DNA of 64,000 bases from Hemiscyllium ocellatum (taxonomy: Eukaryota). The DNA is taken from contig NW_026867487.1 of assembly GCF_020745735.1 (NCBI RefSeq), forward strand, positions 3,534,001 through 3,598,000, given 5' to 3'. A program made the translations under genes and the position numbers. Position 1 is the first letter of the stretch. The number at the start of each line of letters is the position of its first letter. The notes beneath the pieces were generated by a model. It saw only the letters and a program-made list of their open reading frames with translations, was not told the origin of the DNA and made no database searches. Shown one piece after another: positions 51,266-64,000 of this stretch.

Positions 51266-53269
51266 AAGACATGGTTCAGCTTTGTGACAGGAATCAGAGC
51301 TCCTGATAACTGATACATTTTCTACTGATGCAAGTCCTATCACTGATAAATTAAGCAGAATCTGGAAGTGCAGTGCAGTAACTGAAGAGCAAAGTCGTAA
51401 ATCACACGTGATGTCACTTACCTTAATCTAGAATGGGCGTTGATAGATCTTAGACATGTACATAGTTTCATTGAGCAGGAAATGAAGAGAATAATGTCAT
51501 TTCTTTTTCAGCTTGCATTACTTGAAAAAGTTAAGAAGCAGATTGCACAGTCATTTTGGGAAGCAATTCGATGAACGTTTGAATGGGATATTAAAAAAAA
51601 AGTTACAAGTATTGGGAACAATTCTGTGACAGTTGCATGCAATTTCACCGTAATCACTACATCTCCATCTTTGATGTGAATTCAGTCTGAACTGTATGTT
51701 TGTGTTAATGTATCCTATGAAAATAGTATTATGTACGCATGCATAGTTTCCAGAATCCTGTGGAAGTTCGTTGTTAGTTAAACTGCATGGAACAAAATAT
51801 CACTGTCTGGAACTTGAACAGAAAGAGCGCCATTACCCTTAAAATTTATTTCATGCTTTTTCATTTATTGCAGTATTATTTGCTTTATGATGCAAGAACA
51901 AGATGCAGACCCTGGCTTCTGTGCACTGTCAAATCTAGACCTTGTATGGTTGCGGAAACCAAGACCTGTTGGCGAGAATGTGAAGGACTAGATTATGCTA
52001 AATTGTTCTCAGATATGCATTATTGATACAGTCATCTCTGGAGTCTGCCATGCTTGTCTTTCTCCTTGTACAGTAGAATCACGAGTCATCTTAGAATACA
52101 TTTCAATTTAGTTTTTCTTTCAAATAATTTCCTGTGTTTCTCACTGTAAATCAGAAGCTTGCAGCAGGCCCCGAACATCAGTGGCCCCTCATACTAAATT
52201 TTGTACAGATATGGCTTTGTAAAATGATTACTCTCACGCGGCCTAAGTTTATATAAACACAGTTAGGATCTGTGAAGTGATGATTGCTGAAGCAAGATCT
52301 ATATTATAACAATTAATATCCAGCTGATTGCGTTGCTTACTGATACAGGATCTGAGACGGGGCGAGACAACAGACAGAAGGTCAAGTTTTATGCTGACAG
52401 AAACAGGGGCACGTGATGAATAATGAATGCTGGGTTGAGATTAATATGAAGTTAGATTGTGCTGAGGGGAGTGATGGCTGAAAAGGTGTTTTGCTCCGTA
52501 ATTATTAATTCAGGGCACAATGCAGTGATACTGACACAAGATGTGAATTCGTAATGATAGAGGAAAGGGTCCAGTACAGTGATATTTTCACAAGGTATAG
52601 AGTGACAATAATTGAGATAGGGTCTCATGCAGCGATTACTGATCTATTTGGATTCCTAATAAATTAAAAGATTTTAGTGTGATCATACTTCTGCAGGCCT
52701 TTATTAATATCAAATAATTAGTGTCTTGAGCAGTAATTACTGACACTCTTTCGGCATTTATAATAACTGAGGTAGAGTAATGCCATGATTAATGAAAGAG
52801 TGCTTAAATTCAAAATAACTGAAATAGAGTGTAAAGCTAGGATTATTGTACAGCGTCAATGCTAACTTAAAGTCAGACATCCCCGAATGTGGTGATTAAC
52901 ATTACAGGTTCTAGCTTTATTAACTGTGTGACTACTAACATAGAATCAAAATTCATAATAATCGAGGCAATGTCTAAAGCACTGATTGCATTTCAAAGTC
53001 TCAAGTTAATTTCAACTGAGACCATCCATGACATTGATGATGCTAGCAAGGCGAGGTTAATGTAAACTGATGCAATGGAAGCTTGATGATTCATGGCAGC
53101 ACGCATCGAGCAAATAAAAATAGATAGACACAACTGCAAAACATACTGATGTAAAGTCTTTATGAAAATGGAAATATTAAGGCAGATATTAAATATTTAT
53201 TATGTCAGTCCCGCTGGAGATTCAGCATTGCATCTGCAAATCCTGGCCTAGTTGAATAAAATGTCAACA

Positions 53270-55900
53270 GGGACATAGAAACACAAAAACAGTAGAAACT
53301 AGGAATATGAATAGACCATTTGGACCTTCAAACAATCTCTGCCATTTAATATTATGGCCAATCATCTACGCAGGCGCCAGTGCCCGTTTTCTCCACAAAA
53401 TCGTTTTCGTCTTTGTCCCTAAATCCATATCTAACTCCTCTTCAAAACATTCGATATTTGACCTCAACTGAATAATGCTGTAGTTAAGTCCACAGACTCA
53501 CCACTTTCGTGGTGAAGTAATTTCTCACCAGTGGGTTACCCCATATCCCCAGACTGTGGTTCCTCGTTCTGGACTGACTGCAGAGCAGGAATATTGTTCC
53601 TACATTTATTCTATCTGTTCCCACAGAACGTCTTAGATTTCTGCAAGGTGTCTCGTCATTATTCAAACTCTGCTGAATGTAATTTTAACCGATGAATTCT
53701 CTCCTCAAAAGAAAAACCATAAGAATAATAATATGAAGGAGGCAGAGTACATTCTATTGAGTCTGCTTTGTCATTGAGTTAGATCACGACCCGTCTGGTA
53801 ATCTGGAAATAAAATTTCTTGCTTTGGCCAGAATAATTTATTATCTTGCATCCTAATAATCTGTCTACATCAACGACGAAAATACCTAATAGCCCAGCTT
53901 CGACCTTCTTCTCTGGCTAAAAAAAAAATCCACTAATTCAAATAAATCCGAGGGAAGGAAATCCTCCACATTTATGCCTTTAATACGCGACAACTTACTC
54001 TGAAATGTTTCCCCTGTGCCAAAATCTCTCTTAAGGGGAAAGCAACAGGTCCACGCCTACCCTGTCACTTTGCTTCAGAATATTCTATATTTTTAATAAT
54101 ATCGGCATTCATTCTTCTATATTCCAACGGGTGCAGTCGCAATCTACTCAGTATCTCCTCATAATACCTTCTCTTTTTATCTGTTATCAGCTGAGTGAAT
54201 CTTCTCTGGACCTCCCCCAGAGCCAACTCGTATTTCCTTTCATGTGTGATCCAGTGCTTGTCATAGTATTCCAGATGTCGTATGGCTAATGGCTTTGCAC
54301 TTTTGGCAATACCTACACAAGTTTATGTTCGTTTCCCCAAGGAAAGTATCCACCATTACATTTGCCTAGGTCTTGAACACTGACCTTACATGCGTGATTT
54401 TTTTGCGATTCATATGTCGAGATTCTCAAATTCCATGTCAAAGCTTTTTGTTAGCTTCTTTATTTAAACAATATTCAATTCCTTTAGTTTTACTGCCAAA
54501 CAGCAGAAGCTCACAATTTCGCACTTCTTATTCCACTTGCTCTTTCACTTAACCCGCTTTATACCCACCTCATAGGTTTTTTTCTATTTATTTTTACGTT
54601 ATCTGCAAACGTGTCCAGAGTATATCCACTGTAATTGCTAAGATATATTGGAAATAAATGTGATCGCATCACTAATCACTGTGGCATTTTCAGGACTTAA
54701 AGGTTGCAAACTCAAAAACAATCCCCCCATTCCCATTCAAACTCACTGCCTTCTATGAGGAAATAAATCCTTTATATCGGTCAATTTAGTATATCAAGCT
54801 TCAGGACCTCTCAACCTTTTAACTGGATTGACGTGTTGCACTTACTAGATAGCTCTCAATGTACAACCTGTGATCTCATCAAGTCTTCTCTCTTCACCTG
54901 TCCTGTTTGTCACATCCTGTATATTTCTAGTAAATTTATTCAGCATACTTTCCTTCTCAGAATTTGCTATGACGAATTTGTTTCATATCATTGTACATTT
55001 CTAAATGCTCTGTTTTTGCCTTTTTCATAGCATTTTTCCCACGAACTGACGTTAAGCTAACCAGCCTGCATCTAACTCTCTTTTAGGTATATTCGTTCTT
55101 TTCAATAAATGTGTTTCATTGCATTTTTCCACCTATCAGCAGTTTTCTGGAATCCATGATTTCAGGAATAATACTGACAGGTCACCCACTGTTTCTATGA
55201 CTACTTCCTTTAATACTTCATGTTGTATCCCATCGAGTCAAATTGGCGTATCGGCATTTAAACACGCAATTTCTTTGGCACTTTGGTTTCCTCTCGTGAT
55301 ACCTATTGCATTTATTATCTCACGTTGTTTGTCCTTGAAATATTTATTAAGTCTGGAATGCTATCAATGCCTTGTACTATGAAGCATCATGCAACACGTT
55401 TAGTTAGCACCTCTGCATGTTTCCCTGTTCTAATTTTCCAAGTCTCATTCTCCTCAGGGCCAATGTTCACTCTTGCTTTCCACCTCAATTTCATATACAA
55501 ACAGAAGATTCTGCTGTCCGTCTAGGTATAACTTCCAGATTTAGTCTTTAAGTTTATTGTCTCTCTCTTAATACTTTGTTTAATTCCTTGAATTTTAAAG
55601 CTTTGTCAATCGCTCGAGTTACCACAAGTTTTACTCATTGTATTTTCTTCTTGTAATTTGATGCTAACTCTGTCTTCTTTCTTAAACACAATGCTTTTAC
55701 CGCCTTCCTGGGATTATTTTTCCTCAGTGGAATCTCTATTTGTTTTGATCCATGAAGCATTTGCACAAACCTTCGCCATTGTACCGAACTAGTGTTCACT
55801 CATAAACTGCTCCTTATTTCATTCCCATCAGTTTTTAATCCCATTCGTTCCTAATTACTCTTATTTAATCCTTCCAGATTTGTTTTAAACCTAAATCTTG
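53270..55900 (-). mobile_element. Long decayed CR1 LINE fragment(s)
   Basis: CATAGAAAC tail; ORF 53484-53666 (SRTRNHSLGIWG...RNYFTTKVV); RT relics to ~55900. Confidence 0.65.
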
Positions 55901-56189
55901 ACATCTCACGAGTCCTCATGCTAAATCTTCGTTGAACTTCCTCAATAGCCAGAACATTATTTCTGAAATAATGAAACTGAGTCTGCACACAATACTTCAG
56001 TTATTCTGTCAGGAAGGCCGGGAGCATTTGAGCAAGGCATCTCTGCCCCACACTCGAATTCTATCCTTATGACAGTTTTTGCCTTGTTCATCTTCCAGTG
56101 CACCTATATGCTTGCTTTCAATGACCGTTGGCCAAGGACATGCAGGTCTCATCGACCCTATTCCATCTATCGCCGTTCAGGTAACTTTT

Positions 56190-57150
56190 TGCCTTCATGT
56201 TTTTGCTGCTTAGGTCGAGAACATAATGTTTACCCATATTGTAGTTCACGTGTCATTTACTTGGTTCTACCTCTATTCCGACCCCAACCCTTAGCTGCAT
56301 TCCGTAAAGACCATCCCCTCTGTGACTGTATTTTGTAGGTTCCCGCCCCTACCAACACACTATCCACTGCCAGTGCATACCCTGCCATCCCAAGAAGTGA
56401 AACACCTGCGCCTACACTCTCCCTTATCTCCTTCCAAGACCCCAAAGGACCTTTCCACATTCAACAGTGATTTACCTCTACTTCAACACACGTAATCTAC
56501 TGTGTACGTTGTAGATATACTGTTCCCATTGTGGTCTTCTCTACAATGGTGAGACAGGACACCAACTTGAGGAAAGTTTCAGAGAGCATCTCTGGGACAC
56601 ATACATAAACATCCCACTGCCCTGTGACCGACGACTTTAACAGCCCGTCCCACTCCGCCAAGGACAATGCAAGTCCCAGGCGTCCACCGCCAAACCCTAA
56701 ACACCCATCACCTGGAGAAAGAAGGCCTCATTTTCCGCCTTGGTGCTCTCTAGCCACAGGGGAATCAATGTGGATTTCACAAGTCTCTTCATTTCCCCAC
56801 CCTCACCTTATCCCAAATCCAACCTTCAAACTTGGCACAAATCCTTTGATACGTCCTGCCTGTCCATTTCCTTCCCACCAATGTGCTCCACCTTCCTCTC
56901 TGACCAATCACTTTTACCTTGAACTTCCTCTGCCTATCACATTCCAGCTACTTTCCCCTAGCCTCACCCCCTCCGATTTACATCTCATCTCCCTTGAGAT
57001 GCAAGCCTCAATCCTAATGGAAGGCTTATGGTCGAAATGTCAATTGCAATGCTCCTCGGATGCTGTCTAACCAGCTCTATTGTTTTTTTTCAGAACCACA
57101 AACGTCGACTCTGACCTCCAGCATCTACTGTCCTCATGTTCTCCTGCTTT
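56190..57150 (+). mobile_element. Penelope-like element 3' part (GIY-YIG endonuclease and terminal repeat)
   Basis: TSTSTHVIYCVRC, CGLLYNGETG (G-x-Y-x-G motif), FREHLWD, FNSPSHSAKD, LIFRLG, GINVDF. Confidence 0.85.
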
Positions 57151-57159
57151 GCTTCTCAC

Positions 57160-58440
57160 TCAACATCTCCAAAGCAATAAAGGATCCCATTCTCCTCTTC
57201 ACATTTGGCCCTCTCACCTTACGTTGACAACCTGGAGATAAGAAATTTGTCTCCCTCGTCTAGATCATTGACATATATTGTGACATGCTGCGGCGCTACC
57301 ATTGCTTCCAGGAGCACGCCACATGCCACTGAATGCTCCTCAAAAATGGCAAGATATTCCTAAAACTTGCTTTGTGTTTGCCAACCGTTTCTCTATGAAT
57401 ATCAGTGCACATGCCTCACTTTAATTAAACATGCTAATCTCTTATGTGGGACCTAGCTGAAATCCTTCTGAGAATCCCTGCAAACTACTTCCCCTGGATC
57501 CCCCTTATAAAATGCAATGGTTACATTCTTTATAAGAAAAGCCCTGTAGATTAATCATGCATGATTTCCTTTTAGGAAATCCATTCTGTCTCTGTCCTCA
57601 TCCAGTCACTCTTTTCCAAATAATCTGCTGTTACACTTTTCATAATGGAAACTGAAGATTTCCCAACGGGAAAATGTCAGACGAACCAGTTTCTAATATC
57701 CCTTTTAAACATAATCTCATTTCCCAAATAACTATTTTATGATAGCTATCCTCAAACCAATAAGAATCGTATCAGAGTCTAGAGAATCGTGAAATATGCC
57801 TCCTAATGCATTCTCATTTCCTGGACCACGTCTTTTAATACTCTAAGATTTAGTTTATCAGGCCACGGGAATTTATCGATCTGTAATTCAATATACTTCC
57901 CAATACGTTTACCAACAAATGTTCATTTTCTTCACTTGCTCTTCACCTGACAGTCTGCAGTTCAACATTTCTGGAAGATTGATATGTTTTATCATTTGTG
58001 AGGGCACAAGCTAAACATGTAGTTAATTTTTCCATCACTGCTTTCTTGTTCCTAATAAATGTCACTGTTTCTGACATTAGGTGGCCAAGATTTTTGTTAA
58101 CCTTATATTTATATAGGCATCCAATCTTTTGTAACCAGTTCATATGTTGCAATTAAGATAACATTAATGAATGAACTGTTTATCCCCGTTTTTGGTTACC
58201 GCTTTCGTCTTCCATTGCTAAGTTCTGAACTGCTCCCAATACACAGATATGTTGTTGTGTGTCATTTCCACAACCATCCTTATATCTATCAATCTCCCAA
58301 ATGCAACCCAATCTTCGGATCGATATGCGATTTTCACGTGATTGCAATGAAGTGACAGCGTGGAGGGAAAGTTTGTCTTTATCCTCCAATTTAAAACAAA
58401 TTTGAAGTCAATCCTGTTAAATGAAACATCACTTAAAATG
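57160..58440 (-). mobile_element. Decayed CR1 LINE fragment
   Basis: GATTAATCATGCATGATTTCC (LNQHGF-like region) and CCTGGACCACGTCTTTT relics. Confidence 0.5.
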
Positions 58441-59199
58441 TTAACAGCTACTCATGCAGAACACATTAAATTTCGACTACATTAAACGTCAAACTCGACT
58501 TTGTCAAGATTGCATTTACATCATACAAATTCCCAACTCGCTCCACAATCAATAAATCAAAAATTCTTTTTGTTGTACATGGCAGTATGTCTCTACTACG
58601 GCTGCCCAAGCGCACATGGATATTTATTTTTCAACGATTCCAGCTTTATTAATGCGTGGCAAGCACTGATCTGCGTGAGTCAACAGATGAGGAGCTGCAG
58701 AAGAACAGCAGGTCGAACAGCATCTGATGAGTAGGAAGGTCAACGTTTGGGCCAAAACTCTTCGTCAGGACTCTGATTCATTTTATGTAGAAATTCCTGA
58801 ATTATACAGGTTAACTGGTCAATTTAAATCTTATTAAGGTGATTAGATCTTAGTTGTGGAGTTGACAGTTAAGGATAATTGAAAGAGAAATGTTGAAAAT
58901 TCCCTGCAGAACAGCCTTCCATTAATCGGCATAATGACATGGAGAATTTATTTCGTGTAAATTTTAGGTCATTTTTCATTAGAGTGCCATGTCTCCCGGA
59001 ACGTGCACAAATTGTCATACTGACAAGACATTTTATGAAATCCTGCGGTGGTAATTTGGCAACAAGTGATCCTTATTCTTAATGTAAGTAGAACACTTAT
59101 CAACTCATTTTGCAGACACATCAACCCTCCTTTGCTGTCAACAGGAGAATAGATTGTAATGATTGGCAACATATAATTAGTTTAACTTTAGTTGAAAGG

Positions 59200-59640
59200 C
59201 AATCACTAGTTCATATTTTAACACATTCACAAAAGTGCAGAATGAGTCAAAGTTGAAAAGAAAAGGTTGATTAGACTGGAACTGTACTCAGCTGGATTTA
59301 ATAAGGTAGAGAGCCAATCTTATTGAAATAGAAAAGATTGTTGGGATCTTGGCAGTGCAAACACAGAAACATGACTTTCATTTGTAACATTGTCTAGGAT
59401 TGGAAGAGCATGATCTCAGAATAAAGGATCACTCATTTAAGGCAGAGTGGCGGAACTTTTGCATTATATGCAAAAGGAGTCTGTGGAGGCAGGAACGTTT
59501 ACTATATTCGCAGCTGTGATGGGCACATTGTTAATCAATAAGGTAATAAAAAGACATGGGGAAGAATCGATAAAATGGACTTGGGGCTTACAATCAGCCA
59601 TTATTGTATTGAATGGTGGAGTAGACTTGCAATGCTAATT
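59200..59640 (+). mobile_element. Decayed CR1 3' end
   Basis: GATTAGACTGGAACTGTACTC, CATGATCTCAGAATAAAGG and AATCAGCCATTATTGTATTGAATGGTGGAGTAGAC. Confidence 0.65.
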
Positions 59641-61369
59641 CACAAATCATTCTCTGCATCTGCCAATGACACGTCAGATGTACAATGAAATTGTTTCCAC
59701 TTGTTTCTACGAGTTTGACGACAACAAACCTCAAGAATGTATTGAAAACAGGACAAAACAACCTGCTTGATACATTAATAACTTTGAAAATTAGGTTTTT
59801 TCTTTAAACAATTAAATACAGCATCTTCCATCCATTAAAAGCAGATTCCACTGAAAATTCCAATGCACGGAACTTCATGGTCCGGAAGGTTAATACACAT
59901 ACTCTGTGATAAACATCACCACAGGTGAGTTTTTTCAAGATATTGACTGTTAACCTAACAGCAATAATTTTGCTATTCGCCCATTGTTACAGATTCAAAA
60001 AAAAGTCGCACTGTGTCTTGTTTCGGTCTCTTGACAAAAGATATTTATATTAGTTGTCACAGTTGAACCTTCACCAGAATATGCGTTTCCTGGGCAAGTT
60101 AGGAAAATCGTGATAAATTTAGAGAAGCAGGATTAAATTGAGCTGTGTGCGTACCTTTGCAGGACAGTGTCTGAACAAATAGGTGAAATACTCAAGAATG
60201 AGCTAGTGAAATATAAGTATGAGCACAGTCATTGGCTCTAGCAGCTGCAAGTTAGTGCTGAAACTCAATAAATATCAGTTTGGTCATCTGGAGCTTAGAC
60301 ACTTAATTACAGAAAACTTCTGATTGTGCGATCGTGGATGCAGGAAATGGTAATGAGACTACGACGATGTTAGAACGTTATCGTTCAATGAAGTGTATGT
60401 ATCGTTAGAAGTGATTCAATTTATTTTCTACCAAATATAATAGAGACATGGAATTCACTGCCTGAACAGTTGTTGCTGTGGAAGTCCACATTATACATAG
60501 AGAGTACTTGGGCATGCTTGTAGTGCTGTGAACATCAACTTCACTGATAATTTTGGAAATTGTCCTGTGTTTGACGTTTCATTGTCGGCTGACATTAACA
60601 CGATTAAAAAAGTCCTTCTTCGTAGGTTTGTATAATTCCTGACAATCGTGAAGTCAATTAATTCATAATGCATACACAAGACATTGGCTTGCCTAAAACA
60701 GAATTTTATTTGAGATATTATTGCACTTGACATGTTATATTTTGTAAAGCACACACTCCATTCTAAAAGATTGCTGCAACACTTTGTGGAAGTATTAAGT
60801 ATTTTTATTTAAGGAATATTTCAGTTTTGCATCTAGTTTCGTAGGTCTAGTAATATTTCTTTTCGACCTGCTGGTAGGGGAGTAATTTTTATTTTGAAAG
60901 AACATTTAGAAACATGCAATACACTTCCAGAAATGAATTAGATCCAAAGAACACGAGAATGGAGGAATATTCTGCAGCATTTTGTGCCATACTGGAATGC
61001 ATTATAGTTTTGTGCATTATTCCCATGTCGTACTGTGATGATTATGTTCCACTGGCATTTTTTATAAAAATCCTGCTTGTGTTTCTGAATGACACAGAGG
61101 CTATCGTGACACAGCCTTAAAATGCAGGCACTCAAAATCTCTAAATGGGCTAACCTAGTGTATTTGCCTGCACCATGTGCATAATCTCTGTACCGCATTA
61201 CATCAACACCCGAAAGAAGTGCTTGCAACATTTATCAGCTTGCGTATGAATGTCACACTTGGTTTTGAATAGTTATTGCGTTTGTGTGTGTGTGCATATA
61301 CACGGATGTCTACGTGTTCCACCTGAAGCTGTGCAATTGCATTTCCAGAGATTTAATTTCACACGTATC

Positions 61370-62385
61370 ATAGACCATAGTACAAAAGACATAGTACATT
61401 ACAGCACAGGTCCTTCGGTCCACGATGTTGTGCCAGCCTGTTATCCTACTCTAAGATCAGAATAAAGGGCATACCTTTCATTGTTCTAACCTTCATGTGC
61501 CTATGTCGATAAATGTCCCGAATATATCTGAATCTACTAACAATGCTGACAGTGAATTCCACGCACCCACCATTCTCTGAGAAAAGAATCTACTTCTGAT
61601 ATCTTTGATATAACCTTCCTCCAATTACCTTAAAATTTCCCTCCTCGTGATCGACATTTCTGTCATCAGAAAATTATTTGTCTATCAACTGTAACTATGC
61701 CTCTCAACATTTTACCTCGAACACATCTATCAAGTCACCTCTCACCCTTTTTCACCTAAGCGAGAAAAGCCCTAGCTCCCTCAATCTTTCTTCATAATGC
61801 ATTACCTCCATTCCAGGCCACAACCTAGTAAATCACCTCTGCATCCTGTCCAAAGCTTTCACATCTTCCTTATGATGCAGCGACCAGAACTGAAAACAAT
61901 GTTCCAAGTGTAACCAGGATTCTATAGCGATGCAGCATAACTACTTGGCTCTTATACGCAATCGCCCTGCAAATGAAAACAAACAAACTGTATGGCTACT
62001 GAACAACCCGATCAAACTGGTTGGTAACTTTGAGGCATTTATGGGTAAGGATCCCAAGATGCCACTATTGCTCCACACTGCCAAGAATATTGCCTTTCAC
62101 CCTGTAATCTGCATTCAAATTTTACCTTGCGAAGTGAATGACTTCACATATTTCCAGTTTGAACTTCATTTGCCACTTCTCAGCCCTGTTCTGTATCTTG
62201 TCAATATCTTGTTTCAACCAACAACAGTTGGTTGCACTCTCTCCAACATGACCAACCTTCGTATCATTGGCAAAATTACTAAGCCACCCTTCTACTCCTT
62301 CATCCAAGTCATTTGTAAAGTTCACAAAGTAAAGATGTCATAGAACTGATCGCTGCAAAGCATCACTGGCCATCGAGCTCCAGTC
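61370..62385 (-). mobile_element. CR1 LINE fragment (RT C-terminus and tail)
   Basis: ORF 62122-62325 (FTNDLDEGVEGWLSNFANDTKVG...KWQMKF); CATAG tail at 61370. Confidence 0.88.
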
Positions 62386-62404
62386 TGAATAGTTTGAATT
62401 ATTT

Positions 62405-62645
62405 AGTGTGGGAACAGGCCCTCCGATCCAACAAGTCCACACCAACCCATTCCACTACGGGCAAATTATTATGGCCAATTCACCAAACCTGTACATCTTT
62501 AGAAGGAAATTGGAGCACACGCACCCACGCACGGGCAGAATGTGCAAACTCCACACAGACAGTCGCCTGAGGCGGGAATTGAACCCAGCTCTTTAATGCT
62601 GCGAAACAGCAGTTCGAACCATTGTGCCACCATGCCGCCCCACAG
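62405..62645 (-). mobile_element. HE1/V-SINE-like tRNA-derived SINE
   Basis: Reverse complement GGGCGGCATGGTGGCACAATGGTTCG...GGGTTCAATTCCCGCCTCAGGCGACTGTCTGTGTGGAGTTTGCACATTC. Confidence 0.8.
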
Positions 62646-64000
62646 CTAGTGCCTCGCTCTGTCTTTTATGGGCCAGCCAATTCTTTATCTAGACAGAAAT
62701 GTTTCCATGTATTGCATGTCCTCCTTAGTTTCTGAATGAGCCTACTATGCGAAACTTAATCGGCCTCGAAATACAGATACGAAAAAAAAGCCCAAAATGG
62801 ACTGACCTTGTGTACTAGCCTGTACCGTGGTCATAAATTCTCAACTGCATTGCATCAACGTTGGAAAGATGTGCTTGAAATATTAATCTGCCTGTGTGTG
62901 AATGTCATGCTTGGATTTTCATATACATTGTGTGTTTGTTGAATGAATGTTCGTGTGGGGAATCGTTGAAGTTGTTTCTCAACGCTAGAAAACACAATGA
63001 AAAGTCATCGCTTTGCTATTAGATTTGGATTCACTGTAGTTTTAGACTTTATACTATGGTCAGCAATCATCCAAGTTACCGATAGTTGCAGCTGATGGGA
63101 ACTCCAGGAACACAGAAAAAAAATGGTGTTACTTTAATTTGGCAGCCTTCACTTACTAATAAGAAATAAAAAAAAAGCATGCCATGTGGCTTCTAATGCT
63201 GAACAGCTGAAGACATCTGGTCTAATATCAAGTACAAATTATTCTGGGCGATGGTGGCATTAAATTTAACTACGAATTTAATGTTTTCTGCTTCTTCTTG
63301 AAAACAAAAATGCAAGCAATTGTTCAGACGAATGATAATGAAATCTTATAAATTATTTTTCTATCAGTTAGTACACATGGGTCACCACTGTGTAATTTTC
63401 TCTCTAAAGGATAATCAGATAGTGTGTACCATCATAACAATTAGAAAGATAGAGTGATTTATTTCTCATGAGACGTTTCGGGCGGTCTGTGCAATCCCAC
63501 CACATCTATACCTATCGAAATTAACCTCCGCCTTCTATGCAATATCCTCATTTCACTGAGATGCAATCGCATCCTAATTCTGTGCCGCTTGCTTTAAAGC
63601 TACAATTGTGCCTGAATTTCATGTTGAAATTAAATGGTAGCATGTTCAAACATCTCATAAAAATGCCATCGGTCTCATGTGACAATTATCATCAATGTTG
63701 TTTTCAATGTAACTTCTTTACAACAAACATAGGTCAACGGTGGGGAAAAAAATGCCGAATGACTTGCAGTTGCCCCACGCTCTTCGCACTTTATTCGCAT
63801 ATAAAAGCTTTTGACATTCAGTTAAGCATTCTTGAACAATAATGCCCCGTCGTGCAGTGAAATGCATCTGTCGGTTTCCACTATGCAAAATGCAACAACC
63901 CAATGTTAGAGTCAACCATTCATATGTTTAATTACTACTGTAGAAGGATATATATTGTCCTAGAAACTGGGTAAATCTCTCTTCTTTTTCTCTGCTATGA

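Noticed and set aside
52340-52800. Faintly periodic CAGTGATA-like purine-rich stretch
   Set aside because: I could not define a consistent unit or period by eye.
1-64000. D, J or C segments and 12-RSS
   Set aside because: The other CACAGTG/CACTGTG heptamers I checked (e.g. 22265, 26763, 35829, 36328, 41786, 54679) lack a nonamer at 12 or 23 nt, and I saw no FGxG J motif with an RSS. This was a by-eye scan, not exhaustive.

Overview
Vertebrate genomic DNA, AT-rich and repeat-dense. The repeat families (CR1 LINEs, HE1/V-SINE-like and SacSINE1/DeuSINE-like SINEs, Penelope tails) point to a cartilaginous fish, probably a shark; this is inferred from the repeats, not from a database search. The window is part of a T-cell receptor alpha/delta-type variable (V) gene array. 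It holds four apparently intact + strand V segments (ATG at 8941, 15314, 24263, 37363). Each has a leader exon, an 81-90 nt GT-AG intron, a V exon with Cys/Trp/Cys, and a 23-bp-spacer RSS. They fall into two families. Two decayed V pseudogenes of a third type end in a YY(C)-T-[Y/F]-W motif. Bases ~2590-15840 are a head-to-tail tandem duplication of a ~6.4-6.9 kb unit (Gypsy remnant + SINE + pseudo-V + intact V), and each copy carries its own private insertions, including a foldback MITE. I found no D, J or C segments, RNA genes or other host genes, and most listed ORFs are transposon debris or noise. I cannot demonstrate a new biological system. The best leads are an in-frame 94-codon read-through tail of V4 containing a second D-x-A-x-Y-Y-C motif, the W-ending pseudo-V family, and the duplication with charge-reversed CDRs. 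Repeat boundaries are by-eye estimates.
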